Of a DNA stretch of 64,000 nt, positions 31,878 to 43,996 are shown one piece after another; the first letter of the stretch is position 1; each line of letters starts with the position of its first letter. The notes beneath the pieces were generated by a model that did not search any database, had not been told where the DNA came from, and worked only from the letters and a program-made list of their open reading frames with translations. The position numbers were made by a program, and so were the translations under genes. The DNA is from Epithemia pelagica (Eukaryota > Protista > Bacillariophyta): assembly GCA_946965045.2 (NCBI GenBank), contig OX337231.1, positions 744,001 through 808,000 on the forward strand, read 5' to 3'.

Positions 31878-33551
31878 ATGCAGAAGGCCACGATGAGTTT
31901 GATCTCCATCAGGAACAACAACAAGAATAGCAAGTTCACTTGGAAACACCACCACCCCCACAAGACGACGACAAGAAGGACGAATCGTCATGCCGGTTGG
32001 TATCGAATGGTATCCTGTGACTGGAAGCTCTTGCTGCTCATGGTTTTGATTGGACAGTTTGTGGTTGTGGTGGTCCATTTGTATCCCTGGCGCAACATGA
32101 CCATTGGTTTTCGAGGAGGAGAAGAATCGTTGCCCAGTGACATGGATTTGATTTTACAGATGCTGCATCAGAACAAAAATGAGACCCATGCGTTGTTTCC
32201 GTCGTCCTCCGCCTCCTTGTCCTCCACAGTTGACAAGGTGGAAAATGGTTCATCCTCTTCATCCCCGTTTACCGTCTTTTGGAATCTCTATCTGCCCTCG
32301 GGTCCGAATAAAGGAAGACGCACCTATGATGCTCTGCGCGAACAAGTTCATCAAGTGGCTCGATCGGCCGCCAAGGAACCGCTGGTGCTCAAGTATGTCA
32401 CAATTGGCAATCAGTCTCTCTTCATGAACCATCAAATCATGACCAATTGGGTCAATCTGGCCTGTGCCAAACATTCCAATCTCAAATGTCATCACGTCAA
32501 GCATGTCGCAAGAGGCTTTGAAGAAGTCACGCTGGATGAATTGTACGACCATTGTCTGGCAAAGGGTGACAATGACTACACTGCCAAGGTGGCCTATATT
32601 CACAACAAGGGGTCCTACAATCCTCAGGGTACCTATGATAACGAACGAAAGAAGTATATACGTCAAGATTCGTGGCGACGACATGCTACCGCAGCTGCCC
32701 TCCATCCCCACTGTCGTCACTTGTCGAATTCCTCGTCTTCTTCTTCTTCTTTTGTGGAGAACAACCAGACGAACAACACATGCAACGTGTGTGGTTTGTT
32801 TTTTGTTCCCCTTCCCTAGAATCATGCACCGGGCAACTTTTGGACAGCTCGTTGCGATTACATTCGTCAATTGAAGCGACCATCCTTGTTTCGTCAGCAA
32901 ATGGATCACTTGGTGTACCATGTCTATGTACCCATGGTAAAACGGGGTCGTCTCCTCGTGTCGATTGATCGCACGTTCATGGGTCACTTGCGGTGGTCCA
33001 TGGAAGCCTGGGTGGGATCGCATCCTAGCGTGCGACCCTGTGACATGTCCATGGAAGCAGATCTCAAAGAGTGGATCCATGAGACTCGTCTCAATGTGAC
33101 GGCTCCCATTGGCCAACCGGATCATACCGACAAGGTGTTGAAGTGGGCCTTGTTTCCCCGACATGACTGGGAGACCCTGGTGGCTCATTCAAACCCAGTA
33201 TTCGATCCATCCCAATTTGAAAACGTCCAGACTCGACTACGAGATTATAATATATTGGGTGGTATGCTGTTGCGATGGAACGCTGTCTATGGCGAAACAA
33301 CCATGCCTCCCGACGATTCCTGGATCTGGTCCTTTTATCCGGATGGACCTGTGTGGAAACAAGGAGTGCAACAACATGGTATGGCCAATGTCTATGAAGC
33401 CATTTCCAAACCCTATTGGCCGGCCTCTCAACAACGCATCGCAGAACGAGTCGCGTTGGCGCCACGCCCAGTATACGTATACAACAGGAGTAAAACAAGA
33501 CACTCCACTATCATCCGCAAAAGACTTGTCGGGCCCCGGACAAAAATATGA
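31878..33551 (+). pseudogene. Uncharacterised type II membrane protein, paralogue 3, with a premature stop
   Basis: Colinear with paralogue 1; TAG at 32817-32819 where the other copies have TGG (PLPWNH); the frame continues (NHAPGNFWTARCDY...). Confidence 0.85.
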
Positions 33552-33888
33552 TTTTTCAATGTGACAGAGTCTTCCGGAATCGAGATATCCATCCCCCGTC
33601 GTGTTATGTCTAGTCTCGAATGACACCTTCACCATGCCAAAAGTAGACCAACTTGACAAAGAAGTCGCATTAATTGGATAAAGATGAAATGCAATATCCT
33701 GATGTTGAATTTCTCATTGTACCTCTGCCGAAGGGAAGCATGGCCATTCGAACCGTTCAAGACGAATGCCAAGAAGTTCAATGTCGCGAACTTCATGAAG
33801 CTTTGTCCCAATTCCAGACATCAACCAATCGGTAATACAGAGGTAGTTGTGAATCGATGGCCTCATAAAAGTATAAGTTTGAGCTTGG

Positions 33889-34117
33889 TGCGAGTAGTGG
33901 AAAAGAACGGCGGTCTCTTTCCCATTGAGCAATCCGTAAAAGGATACTTATTCTGATAATCACTATTATGTTAGGCCTAAATTCTCACTAAACTCACTAC
34001 GATCTTTTCTTCAATATCTTGGATGAGTCATTCCATCCATTCGTTCACATCGCTCATCATTCGTGATTGATGAGTCTTGTTGCCGAGTATAAGCTTGCTA
34101 CCCCAGCTATACTCGCA
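33889..34117 (-). repeat. 3' LTR of the outer Copia
   Basis: Matches 46210-46444 apart from 2 substitutions and a 6-nt indel that I could see; polypurine tract gagagggag (minus) at 34118-34126. Confidence 0.95.
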
Positions 34118-34142
34118 CTCCCTCTCAAGCGCAATATCTCGG

Positions 34143-37100
34143 CTACCATCCACACAGTAGCTTCCGAATTGTTTCAAATGTATCTTTCGTCAGACCCTTT
34201 GTCATTATGTCTGCACGTTGTTTCGATGTCTCGATCTTTTCAACCGTGACTCGATTCGGCTTTAAGTGCGATCGAAACCAGTGCATTCGAATCGCATAGA
34301 ACTTTGATCTTGGTGTGAACCTGCCCGGCTCCATGTTCGCGAGCGTCAGGGCACCATTGTTATCTTCCCACACTGTGGTCTTGAATTTCGTGCTCTGATC
34401 TTCTGTCATGCCGACACCTCGTGCCACAGTTTTCAGAAGTTCCAGAAGAGGCAACACAGATTTCATCGCCACACTGAGCGCTGTGTATTCCGCCTCCATT
34501 GTTGATGTTGCAATATCCGATTGCAACTTGCTTTGCCAAATGACTGGACAGTTTGCGATGCAGATGGCAAACCCAGTTCGGCTCTTGACACATGACGGAT
34601 CCATCTTATCCTCATGTGGCCACAGACCCGCGAAGTCTGCATCAACGTAACAATCGACGTTGAGATTGTCGTAAGTTGGACGGAGGATGAGTCCTTTCTC
34701 CATTGTCCCTTTCAAGTATTGTCCGATCCTTTCTAACGCTTCTTCGTGTGTTGTCTTAGGATCATGGGTGTATCGTGCACATTGACTGACGGCATATGTG
34801 ATGTCGGGTCTTGAATGTGCTTGCAAGTATTGCAGCATTCCAATGACACTTGGATAGCTGAATTTGCACTGTGCTGGAGTCCCATTTTTGTTTGCCACCA
34901 GAGGATCCTTCGATGCTGGTGTCCGTTTCATGGGTTTGTCTCCAATGTGAAGTGCCTCCACAATTCGCTTGATCAGGCCCTTCTGCGTCAACGTGATAGT
35001 ACCATCACTATCGTTGCGTTCAATGTGTACGCTGAGAAATCCGGCTACACTGTCTTCGATCTCGAGTGTCACGTTCTGTTGATTCTGGAGTTTCCCAAGA
35101 AACTCATCAATCCACTTGTGTCGTCCACATAGACCAGCACGATTATTTTGTCGGACATGAACAGACACGGGTCAATGTGTTCCTGTGACTTGAGTCCGAC
35201 TTGTTCCAATTTGCTTTTCAGATGAAGGAAGAAGTTGTATGGTGCCTGCTTTAGGCCATACAACGATCAAGTAAGTTTCAAGACTTTCCCTGGTTGTGCA
35301 AACCCTCTCGGCATCTCAACATACACGCCACTTTTCTTTTGTTCTTCTTCTGTCATCTTGTCCCAATTGGGATCCTTGTCAATCGGCGCATGTACAAATG
35401 CTGCCGTGTAATCAACTTGTACCGTGGACAGATTCAAAATGATGGAAAGAATCATCATCAGGCGCACAGTCGTCCAATTCACAACGGGTGCAAACGTGTC
35501 GAAGAAATCAACTCCTTCGACTTGTTTGTCCCCCCGTGCACAAAACCGTGCTTTCAATTTGCGTACGGATCCATCGGGATACCGTTTGCACTTGAACGCC
35601 CACGTGCCAGGTAAGACATTCATCCATGTCTCTCTTGCCACGACTTCCCATGCTTTCATCTTCTCATGAAGCGTGTTGTATTCTTTCTTGCAAGCCTCCC
35701 AGTACCCGTCTTTGTCAGGACCGTTCATGGCTTGTTCCCATGAGGGATTGTCTGCAGCATCGGCCTTGGTTGCCAATGCCATAGGATGCATCTCTTCAAT
35801 CCAGCGTGTGTCCGGATCTGTATGACGATCCAGCCACAGGTCCATGGCCAATAGGTCTTTGGATTTGGACGCGATTGCGCTGGTCAGAGTGTCCCAGGTA
35901 AGGGATTGGAGGAACTGTGCATTCAACAGCTCTCGTCTCACTTTTTGCTTTGGCCTTGTTGACCCACGAGGAAAGTAAAAAGTCGATGCCCACAATCGCT
36001 CATCGAACAAGTGACGATTGGGACGACGTTCTCTTTTGCCCCTTCCATGTGATTCTGGATCGGGTTCGGCAAAGTGCCTATTACGGCGTTCAATCTCTTC
36101 TTGTCTTGTCGTGCTGTCATCGTCTGAGTCGTCTTCAAAAACGATCTCATGTTCTTCCTCGTCGGCTTCTCCCTCTGGAGGCAACAATTCACCATTTGGA
36201 GCTCCCTCTGGAGGTAACAATCCACCTGTTGGATCTTGGCTTGGCAATTCACCGGGTTCTGGAGGTGGTTCTGGTCCTTGTCCTCGCTCTGTTGGCTGTT
36301 CCAGTGGAGGTTGGAATCGAACATGGTTCCTTGCAGCTCGGCCTCTCCCCCCGTCAACAGACGTTGGAACAGGAACAATGGGTAAAGGTGGAGTGGGCAA
36401 TGGACGAGGAGGACGTGGCTGACGTCGGGCATGCCGTTCCGCAATCTCGGAATCGGTCATCCACTCGTCTCCAAGCTCCAAATTACCATCATCATCGTCT
36501 TCGTCAGGCAGGTTAGATTCAGTGCCCGCCGCCAGCAGGCGTTGCCAAAAATCACCGTTCAAATTTGGCTCATCTAAGAGCCCGCCAGAATCGGCATTAG
36601 GGACCGTAGAGAATAAATCATCGTAGACCACATGATACTGTGAGCTGATGAATCCCGAGCAAAGATTGAGTATACGACCAACAGTAGTAGAATGGTCGGG
36701 CGAAATCCCAAGAAACTGACCACGTCGTGCCTTGGCTTGCCATTTAGGCAACTTCTTTCCGTCTTGAAGTTTGGGGTCCAGGACGTATACAGGACATCCC
36801 CATACGTGACTCCGCTGAAGGTGGTGAAAATCGGAGAATGTGATGCCAGAGAAGATTTCGAGTGGAGCGATGTTCGTCCGGCGATTCGGAAGGTGGTTCC
36901 AGAGCCAGACGGCGTGCTCAACGGCAAAGGGCCAAAGATGCAAATGCATTTGCTCGGGCCACTGAATGGTCGCGTGTAGTAACATAGTACGGGCCCAAGA
37001 CATCGTGGTCTTTACTGCCCTTTCCGCGACTCCATTCTGGTGATGTGCCCCAACACCTGAGAAGCTGATACGTTGACCACATCCGTGTACATGGTTCACA

Positions 37101-38583
37101 AATTCTTCTCAGCCAAACGGCGCATTATCGGCGCAGTACTCTCGTATCTTGACACCGTATTCATCCGCGAACCGCTCAAACTTCTTCTTTGAACTGATCG
37201 TCTCACCAACTCAAAGGGACACTTGGTTCGCCAAGAAGATCATGCCAGAGGCATGGTCGACAAACAGAGTTCCCCCTCTATACTGTTCTTTGGTCCTCTC
37301 TTTTCCATACGTGTGAGGAAGACGTCCACGAATCGTTGATTCGTATTGATCAATCGAAACACAATCTCCTGGTTGAAGGTGCTCCCTCTTGAGCATACTG
37401 TCTTTCCCATCCACCAATCCACCGTGATTCGAATGAGGCGTCCGGCGATGTTGCTTCCCGAGCATACAAGCTGCGCACAAAGGTATGACGCAACTTGTTG
37501 TCTTCGCTTCTTTTGTCTCCAGCACTAACCGTCGACGGTTTGCTTTTGGATCTCGACAGAGCGTCTGAATCCATTGCATGTTGGCATGGCCAAGCTTCCA
37601 GTGCCACAGCAAGAGCTCCCTTTGCGATGCCGTCAAGTTCTGGTTAGTCTCGTCGGCCACATTCATCAAGCCACTGTGATTTGCCGTGGACAAGGCCGAC
37701 CTGACGGAATAGCCATAACCCAGCATCGTTGCATCTTCGAAGGTAAGTCCCATTTGATTCACATTCCCTGTGAGCATAAAGGGAAGATTACTACCGGAGT
37801 TATATGGAAATTCTAACCATGTCCCATCCGGGATTTGCAACTGCGTTTTCTTGTGGTCGAGTACCAGTTTTCCAGCTTGCTGTTCTTGGAAGAACGTTTG
37901 CGGGCTGAACAAACGAATCGAGGCTTCTTGTACGTAGTATGCTTTCGTCTTGATCGTTCGAGCTACTCCCATAACATCTCTAACCATCCATTGGACCGTG
38001 CCAAAACCTCGGACTGCTGTTGTTCCAGACAATCCATTCAACGATGAGATTTCGGCTGGTTGAATTGGTCCGACGAAGTCTTGGAAATTTGGCGTCAACG
38101 ATTTGGACGCTCCGGAATCGATCACAATGGGAAGCACATCTTGTTCTCGTTGACTCATGTACACCGTCATGCGACAGGACAATTTGCCAAAAGTCTCACT
38201 ATTCAAACCAGAACAATCAACCTGATTCAACGGGACAGTGACGGCTTGAAAACTTTTCAGTTGTCCAAAATTGGCTGCTGCAACCATGCTTTGTCGCAAC
38301 ATCAGTTTCCAAGGGGTCTTTCGTCTTGTAAGGTCAGCGCCAAGCCACGCCCCATGACTCAACAATTTGATTGTCTGCCACTGACGAACTGGATCGACTT
38401 GTGGTAGCAAGGAATCGTCCTTCAGGGCCAAACTCCAAAGCGACAATCCACCAAAGATTTGGTCTCGAAGAGTCTTCGTTGTGTCGTTTGTTGCTCCCTC
38501 TGGAGATGACGTTCTCGGGTTGGTCCAGTTGTCCCAGTCGTCCGTGTTGTACCAAAGACAAGGACGGTTGTTTCGCCAGATCA
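34143..38583 (-). pseudogene. Outer Copia pol: protease, integrase, RT, RNase H (frameshifted)
   Basis: IVIDSGAS (PR), LWHWKLGH...CAAC (IN zinc finger), VSIDQ, HQNGVAER, KLKARFCARGD, YGLKQAP, VYVDD, CYVDADFAG, STMEAEY, ADIMTK, spread over ORFs 37211-38632, 35267-37099, 35069-35263 and 34143-35168. Confidence 0.9.
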
Positions 38584-39347
38584 TGTTAGGATTCTCACCT
38601 TTAACTAGGTGGTGGTGGAATCTACAACACATCGACTGATGCTAGTATTTTATGGCATCCGATGACATTTGTGTAAAAGTGAGAAAAGAATGACGGCATG
38701 CTCGCGGACCTTTAATTTTGGCCAAGGCATGCTCGCAATGCACGCGCTATCGGCGACCGCTCGGATATTGACTATGGCCCATCACGTGCGCGCCCAATAT
38801 TCTCAAGCGCGCGCAATCACGATCCGAGTGAGCACCTCCACGACTTACCCCAACGACCTAAGTAATCAAAGCACGAATCACGATCACGCGAGACCATATT
38901 TCCATTCCCACAATTCCAAGAATGCAATCAACAACGCGCCAAGAAAACTACCTATATCACAACAAAGCAAGAGCTGTTGGCATTGGTATATGATATACAA
39001 CTGCATATACTTTTAATACAACAATGCAGGTCTACTCCAACCATTTGAGGACCTATCACACCAGATCCATGGCCGTATACAAGAGCCAGGACCTCGACCT
39101 TCATCAAACACCTTAGTTAGTAATCATCTCACAATCATTAATATCACCATTTTAACACTCATCTTAAGACTAACCTCTTATCAGTGGACCGACTGCCCCC
39201 ACCCACGGCGGACTTCGACTTGCAACTCTTCTCTGACCCGTGGAGGATTGTTGTATCGGTTGGTGATCGATTGTCGGCTCAGCGAGCCTTTTACCCAACT
39301 ACCTATTACCCTTCTGAATTCTCAATGAGAGTTCTGCTAGATTAACA
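38584..39347 (+). repeat. 5' LTR of the nested element
   Basis: 764 bp; at least six transition differences from the 3' LTR. Confidence 0.95.
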
Positions 39348-39843
39348 GTCTCATCGCTCATTGCCCTGCAGTTGCATTGGATACCTTACTTACCCATCTA
39401 CACCCATTACAGATTGAGCTACCCCAACAAACAAGAGTTAGAGGACAAAACTACCCAACCCAACAACAGGGCCAGCCTGGCTGAGGCTAGGGTCACCAAC
39501 CCTCTCCTATTCCAGGACCTCAAGCTGGACCAGGACTCCGTGCAACTACCTTCCCAATACTCACCTGACCAGTACTTTGCTGAGGACTACGAGCAAGACG
39601 AGGAAGCTACCATTATTCCTGACTCCCTGGTTCAACTCGATCACCGCAACGAGTCCGGAAGTGACCAAGGATAAGTATCTTTAAGTAGTTTGCACAACAA
39701 ACCAGAGACAAAACCGAGTTCCGCACATCCGGGTTCCCAGCACAACACACATCCGGGTACTGACATACGTGGCACACGCGTGGTACATCCGGGTTCAGAT
39801 CACACCACACATTAAATAAACAACGAACCAACCATATACTACC

Positions 39844-42800
39844 ATGGATCCAACATACCCCAAGACACCTTCTCTTCTTTCTGACGACTCAGTACCACCT
39901 GACATATCAGATACACAAGTGTTCAATCATATCACCCAGCATCTATTTGAATGTGATGAAGAACGAGCTCAAGCCCTTCATCAATGGATAAAACATAGTG
40001 GTTTCGAACACATTCTGAATGTCATCGACTATCTTGCAGTCCATCCAGAAAAGAATATCAAGGACCTTGGACAATACAAGTATGGGAACAAGACGATGGA
40101 TCTGAAGACATTTACAAGGCATCAACTGAAGATCCTAGCACATTGGTCACGAGAACAAACCTCAACCCTGCAGCAGTCTGATTTACCTCGCTCTACCTGG
40201 TTGAACCTCACCAAGGCCAATTATGATCATTGGAGAATCAATGCAGACTTCACCAAGCTCCGTCTGAACCAAGGTTGCATTTCGTCATTTCGTTTAGCAA
40301 AAAGAGAGGTGCTACGTCTTAACAACTACATCTCCAATCTTCATCTCGATGATTCATGGCACAGCACAACCTATCAGTTTCTTCTCCACTTTCAACACCA
40401 ATTCCATGTTCTCGACAATCTGGGATCAATGTTTGATCACATTCCTGGCCACTCCACTAGGATGACCTTCCTGATGAAAGCCGTTGAAAAGGTACCTGAT
40501 TTACGACAAGTCAACATCTTGTCTGGTGCAAAGACACTTTGTTATCAATCATATTTCCGTCTTCTCCTTGATGCCGCATATGATCATGACCAAGCAACTC
40601 GAGCACCAAAGTCTAACCGACTTAAGCATACCAAGCAATGCGACTTTCAATATGATCAAGATTTTGATATCAAAGATCTATCACCCAAAGAAAAACACCG
40701 CATGATTAAGAGAACTAACGTGAAGACCAAGAAATCATCTTCGCTTCGTCCAAAGATCAGTCTTCCAAGAGATCTGTGGAGTAAACTCAACGACAATAGT
40801 CGTCAAGTAATCATTGCCTACAACAAGTCTACCCAGAATCCGTCATCAACAACTGCATGCATGGAACAGACGCATACTCTTGACATTGATCCGGAACCTG
40901 ATCCCGACCCTGGTCGTGCATGGATTGACGACATGATTCAAGATGATTCCCAAGACCATCAAGATAATTTCTCTGATCTGATTACCCGGTGTGTTCCTCA
41001 AGTTGTGACCAATCTTGTTGTCAATCATCCAACATCTAATCTTGCTAATTTGGAATCCAATTCCAAGACAACATCCATCCCTAATGATTGTCCCAAGAAC
41101 AACAATTGTAAACAGAAAGTTCAGACATCTCGACATCTGCTCTCTCGCATGTCTACTTTCTCCGGCGACAATCACATGACTGGCTTTAATCATTGGCATC
41201 TTGATCCCATGCAAGATACGGCACCTTCTTTGAGGACTGTTGAAAATGGCGGTAATCCAAATGATGCGTTTGGGAAATATACCAATCGTGTTGTCTGTAA
41301 CCTCAACCTTCTCTTGGATTTACCTTACGATCATGGACCGGATACACCTTCCTTCTTCACACCCATACTTGGAGACTACTGTTCCAAATCATACCTCCAA
41401 GATCAGAACATGGCTGAGAACCGTTATCAGACCGTTAAGAGGACAACATACGTCGTGACCATTTCGGGCCATATCCCTCTTGAGATCCTCAATGGTCGCC
41501 CACCCGGCATTACCCACCCTCTTTTCTTCCTTATCTCGGACAAGGCCCCCTACTTTACCGAATCATATGCCCTCTCCCACTGTCCCTACAGTCCCTACCC
41601 TCCCTCTTTTGTCACGACACTTGGCTACTGGCTTGTTTTTGCCCCTCCTATTGGTGATACTTTGTCTCTGGACACTCAAACCCTTTGTTACTCTGCCATT
41701 CTTCATGATGCACCCACGCCACCCAGCAACCTTTGTGTGGATACCTCTTCAGGGGAGGAATCGCTTCCAAGTGAACCCAACGGCAAGCAAGCTGACATTG
41801 TTCTCATTTCTAGCAAAGGTGAAGATCCACCCACGCAAATTCCAACGATCAAACATGATGACACTATTGGACAACCTTTCCTTGTTTATGATCCAGAGGA
41901 AAATGGGGAGCAACGACAACCGTATAATGGGGAGCAACCACAACCGTGTCTTATAAGATGCGTCATTGATTTAGAACAAGATGCTCTCAAGCAAGAAAAC
42001 TGTATCAAGTACACTTTCTGCAAATCCATTTCCAACATTGACAAGATAATTTCATACCGTCAACATATGGAATACATCAAACAGGACAACCAAGCACAGG
42101 AAACTGAAGATGACGTCTTTCAGTTCAGGGACGTTGTTGCAGATCAAGAACCGTCAAGTATTAGCAACAATCCTGACTACAAAAGAAGTCACTGTAATAT
42201 ACTTGTTGATTGGGAGACTGGGGAGATGATCTATGAGCCTCCGTCACTCATGGTAAGTGATGCCTATGCCAAGAAACATGACCTATTAAATGAACTTGGA
42301 TGGAAACATCTCAAGCGTTTTGTCAAGACCAGTAAATGCCTTGTTCAAGCTGCCAAACAGCAGTCAAGAATCAAGCAAGTCTGTCGTTCCATCAAGTACA
42401 AGTTTGGTTATCAAGTTTCAATGACAAATGAAGAATTAGTTGTTTTGTTAGACAAGCAACATGGTAAAAGAAAGTGGCACGACACTACTGAAGTTGAGCT
42501 CTTTCAGGCTTCACAGATCCAATCCCTCACAAAAGTCAAGGATTGCGTTCAAGCTCAGTTCAAGAGAAGGGAAATGATAAATGCATCACCAGAAGAGTAT
42601 CACAAGAACAAGATTCAAATCCATCTTGTAAAACATGATGATAGTCGCCCAGCACTTCTCATCACAGACGAGGCTTTTACCAAAGAACCGGTTGAGGCAA
42701 TCTTTTTGTGTACTACTTCCATTCACAACTTTCATACAACCACCTGTCTTGGGATTCTCAATGATATGGATATATGGGGAGCAAAAGTTGGAAATGCACA

Positions 42801-43260
42801 CGACCTGGAAGCTTTATCTGGAGAGAAGATCTTGATAGTTGCAAGACAAGAACTCAAGGAATCAGGTCACATCTTGATTACGCACAAGGCCTCAAAGGGA
42901 TTAAAATCTTCAGGAGCATGTCGGCGTGACTGTTTCTTTGACATCCCACTTGACATGGATTTGTCACCAACTAAAGCAGATCCCAATGTTTGGATGAAGA
43001 AGGCACCTGGGGAGCATAGCTCAAAGGGCACCGACAAGACCTACCAACTGAAGAATGATGAACTGATTACTTATTGCCTGAGATATCCCTATGAGAGCGT
43101 CCGGGATACATTGTCAGTAAGCATTGGAAATTCTCGAAAGTATGGACCACGTTCAAGATCATATTCTTCTGAGGAGGAAACGTTCAGAAGCATGACAAGG
43201 AAAATAACAATCCTCACTCGACGAATTGTGGGGAGTGTTAGGATTCTCACCTTTAACTAG
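39844..43260 (+). CDS. Open 1138-aa degenerate gag-pol ORF of the nested element
   Basis: Gag-like N-terminus; relics of integrase (ISGHIPLEILNG) and RT (IWGAKVGNAHDLEA, KGLKSSG, PTKADPNVWMK); no DSG, YVDD or RNase H motifs seen. Confidence 0.7.
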   Translation: MDPTYPKTPSLLSDDSVPPDISDTQVFNHITQHLFECDEERAQALHQWIKHSGFEHILNVIDYLAVHPEKNIKDLGQYKYGNKTMDLKTFTRHQLKILAHWSREQTSTLQQSDLPRSTWLNLTKANYDHWRINADFTKLRLNQGCISSFRLAKREVLRLNNYISNLHLDDSWHSTTYQFLLHFQHQFHVLDNLGSMFDHIPGHSTRMTFLMKAVEKVPDLRQVNILSGAKTLCYQSYFRLLLDAAYDHDQATRAPKSNRLKHTKQCDFQYDQDFDIKDLSPKEKHRMIKRTNVKTKKSSSLRPKISLPRDLWSKLNDNSRQVIIAYNKSTQNPSSTTACMEQTHTLDIDPEPDPDPGRAWIDDMIQDDSQDHQDNFSDLITRCVPQVVTNLVVNHPTSNLANLESNSKTTSIPNDCPKNNNCKQKVQTSRHLLSRMSTFSGDNHMTGFNHWHLDPMQDTAPSLRTVENGGNPNDAFGKYTNRVVCNLNLLLDLPYDHGPDTPSFFTPILGDYCSKSYLQDQNMAENRYQTVKRTTYVVTISGHIPLEILNGRPPGITHPLFFLISDKAPYFTESYALSHCPYSPYPPSFVTTLGYWLVFAPPIGDTLSLDTQTLCYSAILHDAPTPPSNLCVDTSSGEESLPSEPNGKQADIVLISSKGEDPPTQIPTIKHDDTIGQPFLVYDPEENGEQRQPYNGEQPQPCLIRCVIDLEQDALKQENCIKYTFCKSISNIDKIISYRQHMEYIKQDNQAQETEDDVFQFRDVVADQEPSSISNNPDYKRSHCNILVDWETGEMIYEPPSLMVSDAYAKKHDLLNELGWKHLKRFVKTSKCLVQAAKQQSRIKQVCRSIKYKFGYQVSMTNEELVVLLDKQHGKRKWHDTTEVELFQASQIQSLTKVKDCVQAQFKRREMINASPEEYHKNKIQIHLVKHDDSRPALLITDEAFTKEPVEAIFLCTTSIHNFHTTTCLGILNDMDIWGAKVGNAHDLEALSGEKILIVARQELKESGHILITHKASKGLKSSGACRRDCFFDIPLDMDLSPTKADPNVWMKKAPGEHSSKGTDKTYQLKNDELITYCLRYPYESVRDTLSVSIGNSRKYGPRSRSYSSEEETFRSMTRKITILTRRIVGSVRILTFN

Positions 43261-43991
43261 GTGGTGGTGGAATCTACAACACATCGACTGATGCTAGCAT
43301 TTTATGGCATCCGATGACATTTGTGTAAAAGTGAGAAAAGAATGACGGCATGCTCGTGGACCTTTAATTTTGGCCAAGGCATGCTCGCAATGCACGCGCT
43401 ATCGGCAACCGCTCGGATATTGACTATGGCCCATCACGTGCGCGCCCAATATTCTCAAGCGCGCGCAATCACGATCCGAGTGAGCACCTCCACGACTTAC
43501 CTCAACGACCTAAGTAATCAAAGCACGAATCACGATTACGCGAGACCATATTTCCATTCCCACAATTCTAAGAATGCAATCAACAACGCGCCAAGAAAAC
43601 TACCTATATCACAACAAAGCAAGAGCTGTTGGCATTGGTATATGATATACAACTGCATATACTTTTAATACAACAATGCAGGTCTACTCCAACCATTTGA
43701 GGACCTATCACACCAGATCCATGGCCGTATACAAGAGCCAGGACCTCGACCTTCATCAAACACCTTAGTTAGTAATCATCTCACAATCATTAATATCACC
43801 ATTTTAACACTCATCTTAAGACTAACCTCTTATCAGTGGACCGACTGCCCCCACCCACGGCGGACTTCGACTTGCAACTCTTCTCTGACCCGTGGAGGAT
43901 TGTTGTATCGGTTGGTGATCGATTGTCGGCTCAGCGAGCCTTTTACCCAACTACCTATTACCCTTCTGAATTCTCAATGAGAGTTCTGCTA
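43236..43991 (+). repeat. 3' LTR of the nested element, lacking its last 8 nt
   Basis: Matches 38584-39339; ends ...ttctgcta directly before the TSD gatca. Confidence 0.9.
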
Positions 43992-43996
43992 GATCA

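Larger units (their letters stand above)
38584..43991 (+). mobile_element. Nested Copia-derived LTR element in the opposite orientation, non-autonomous
   Basis: LTRs 38584-39347 (TGTTA...TAACA) and 43236-43991; TSD gatca at 38579-38583 and 43992-43996; PPT gtggggag 43228-43235. Removing the element restores the host frame RRRVHRVIWRNNRPCLWY. Confidence 0.95.
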
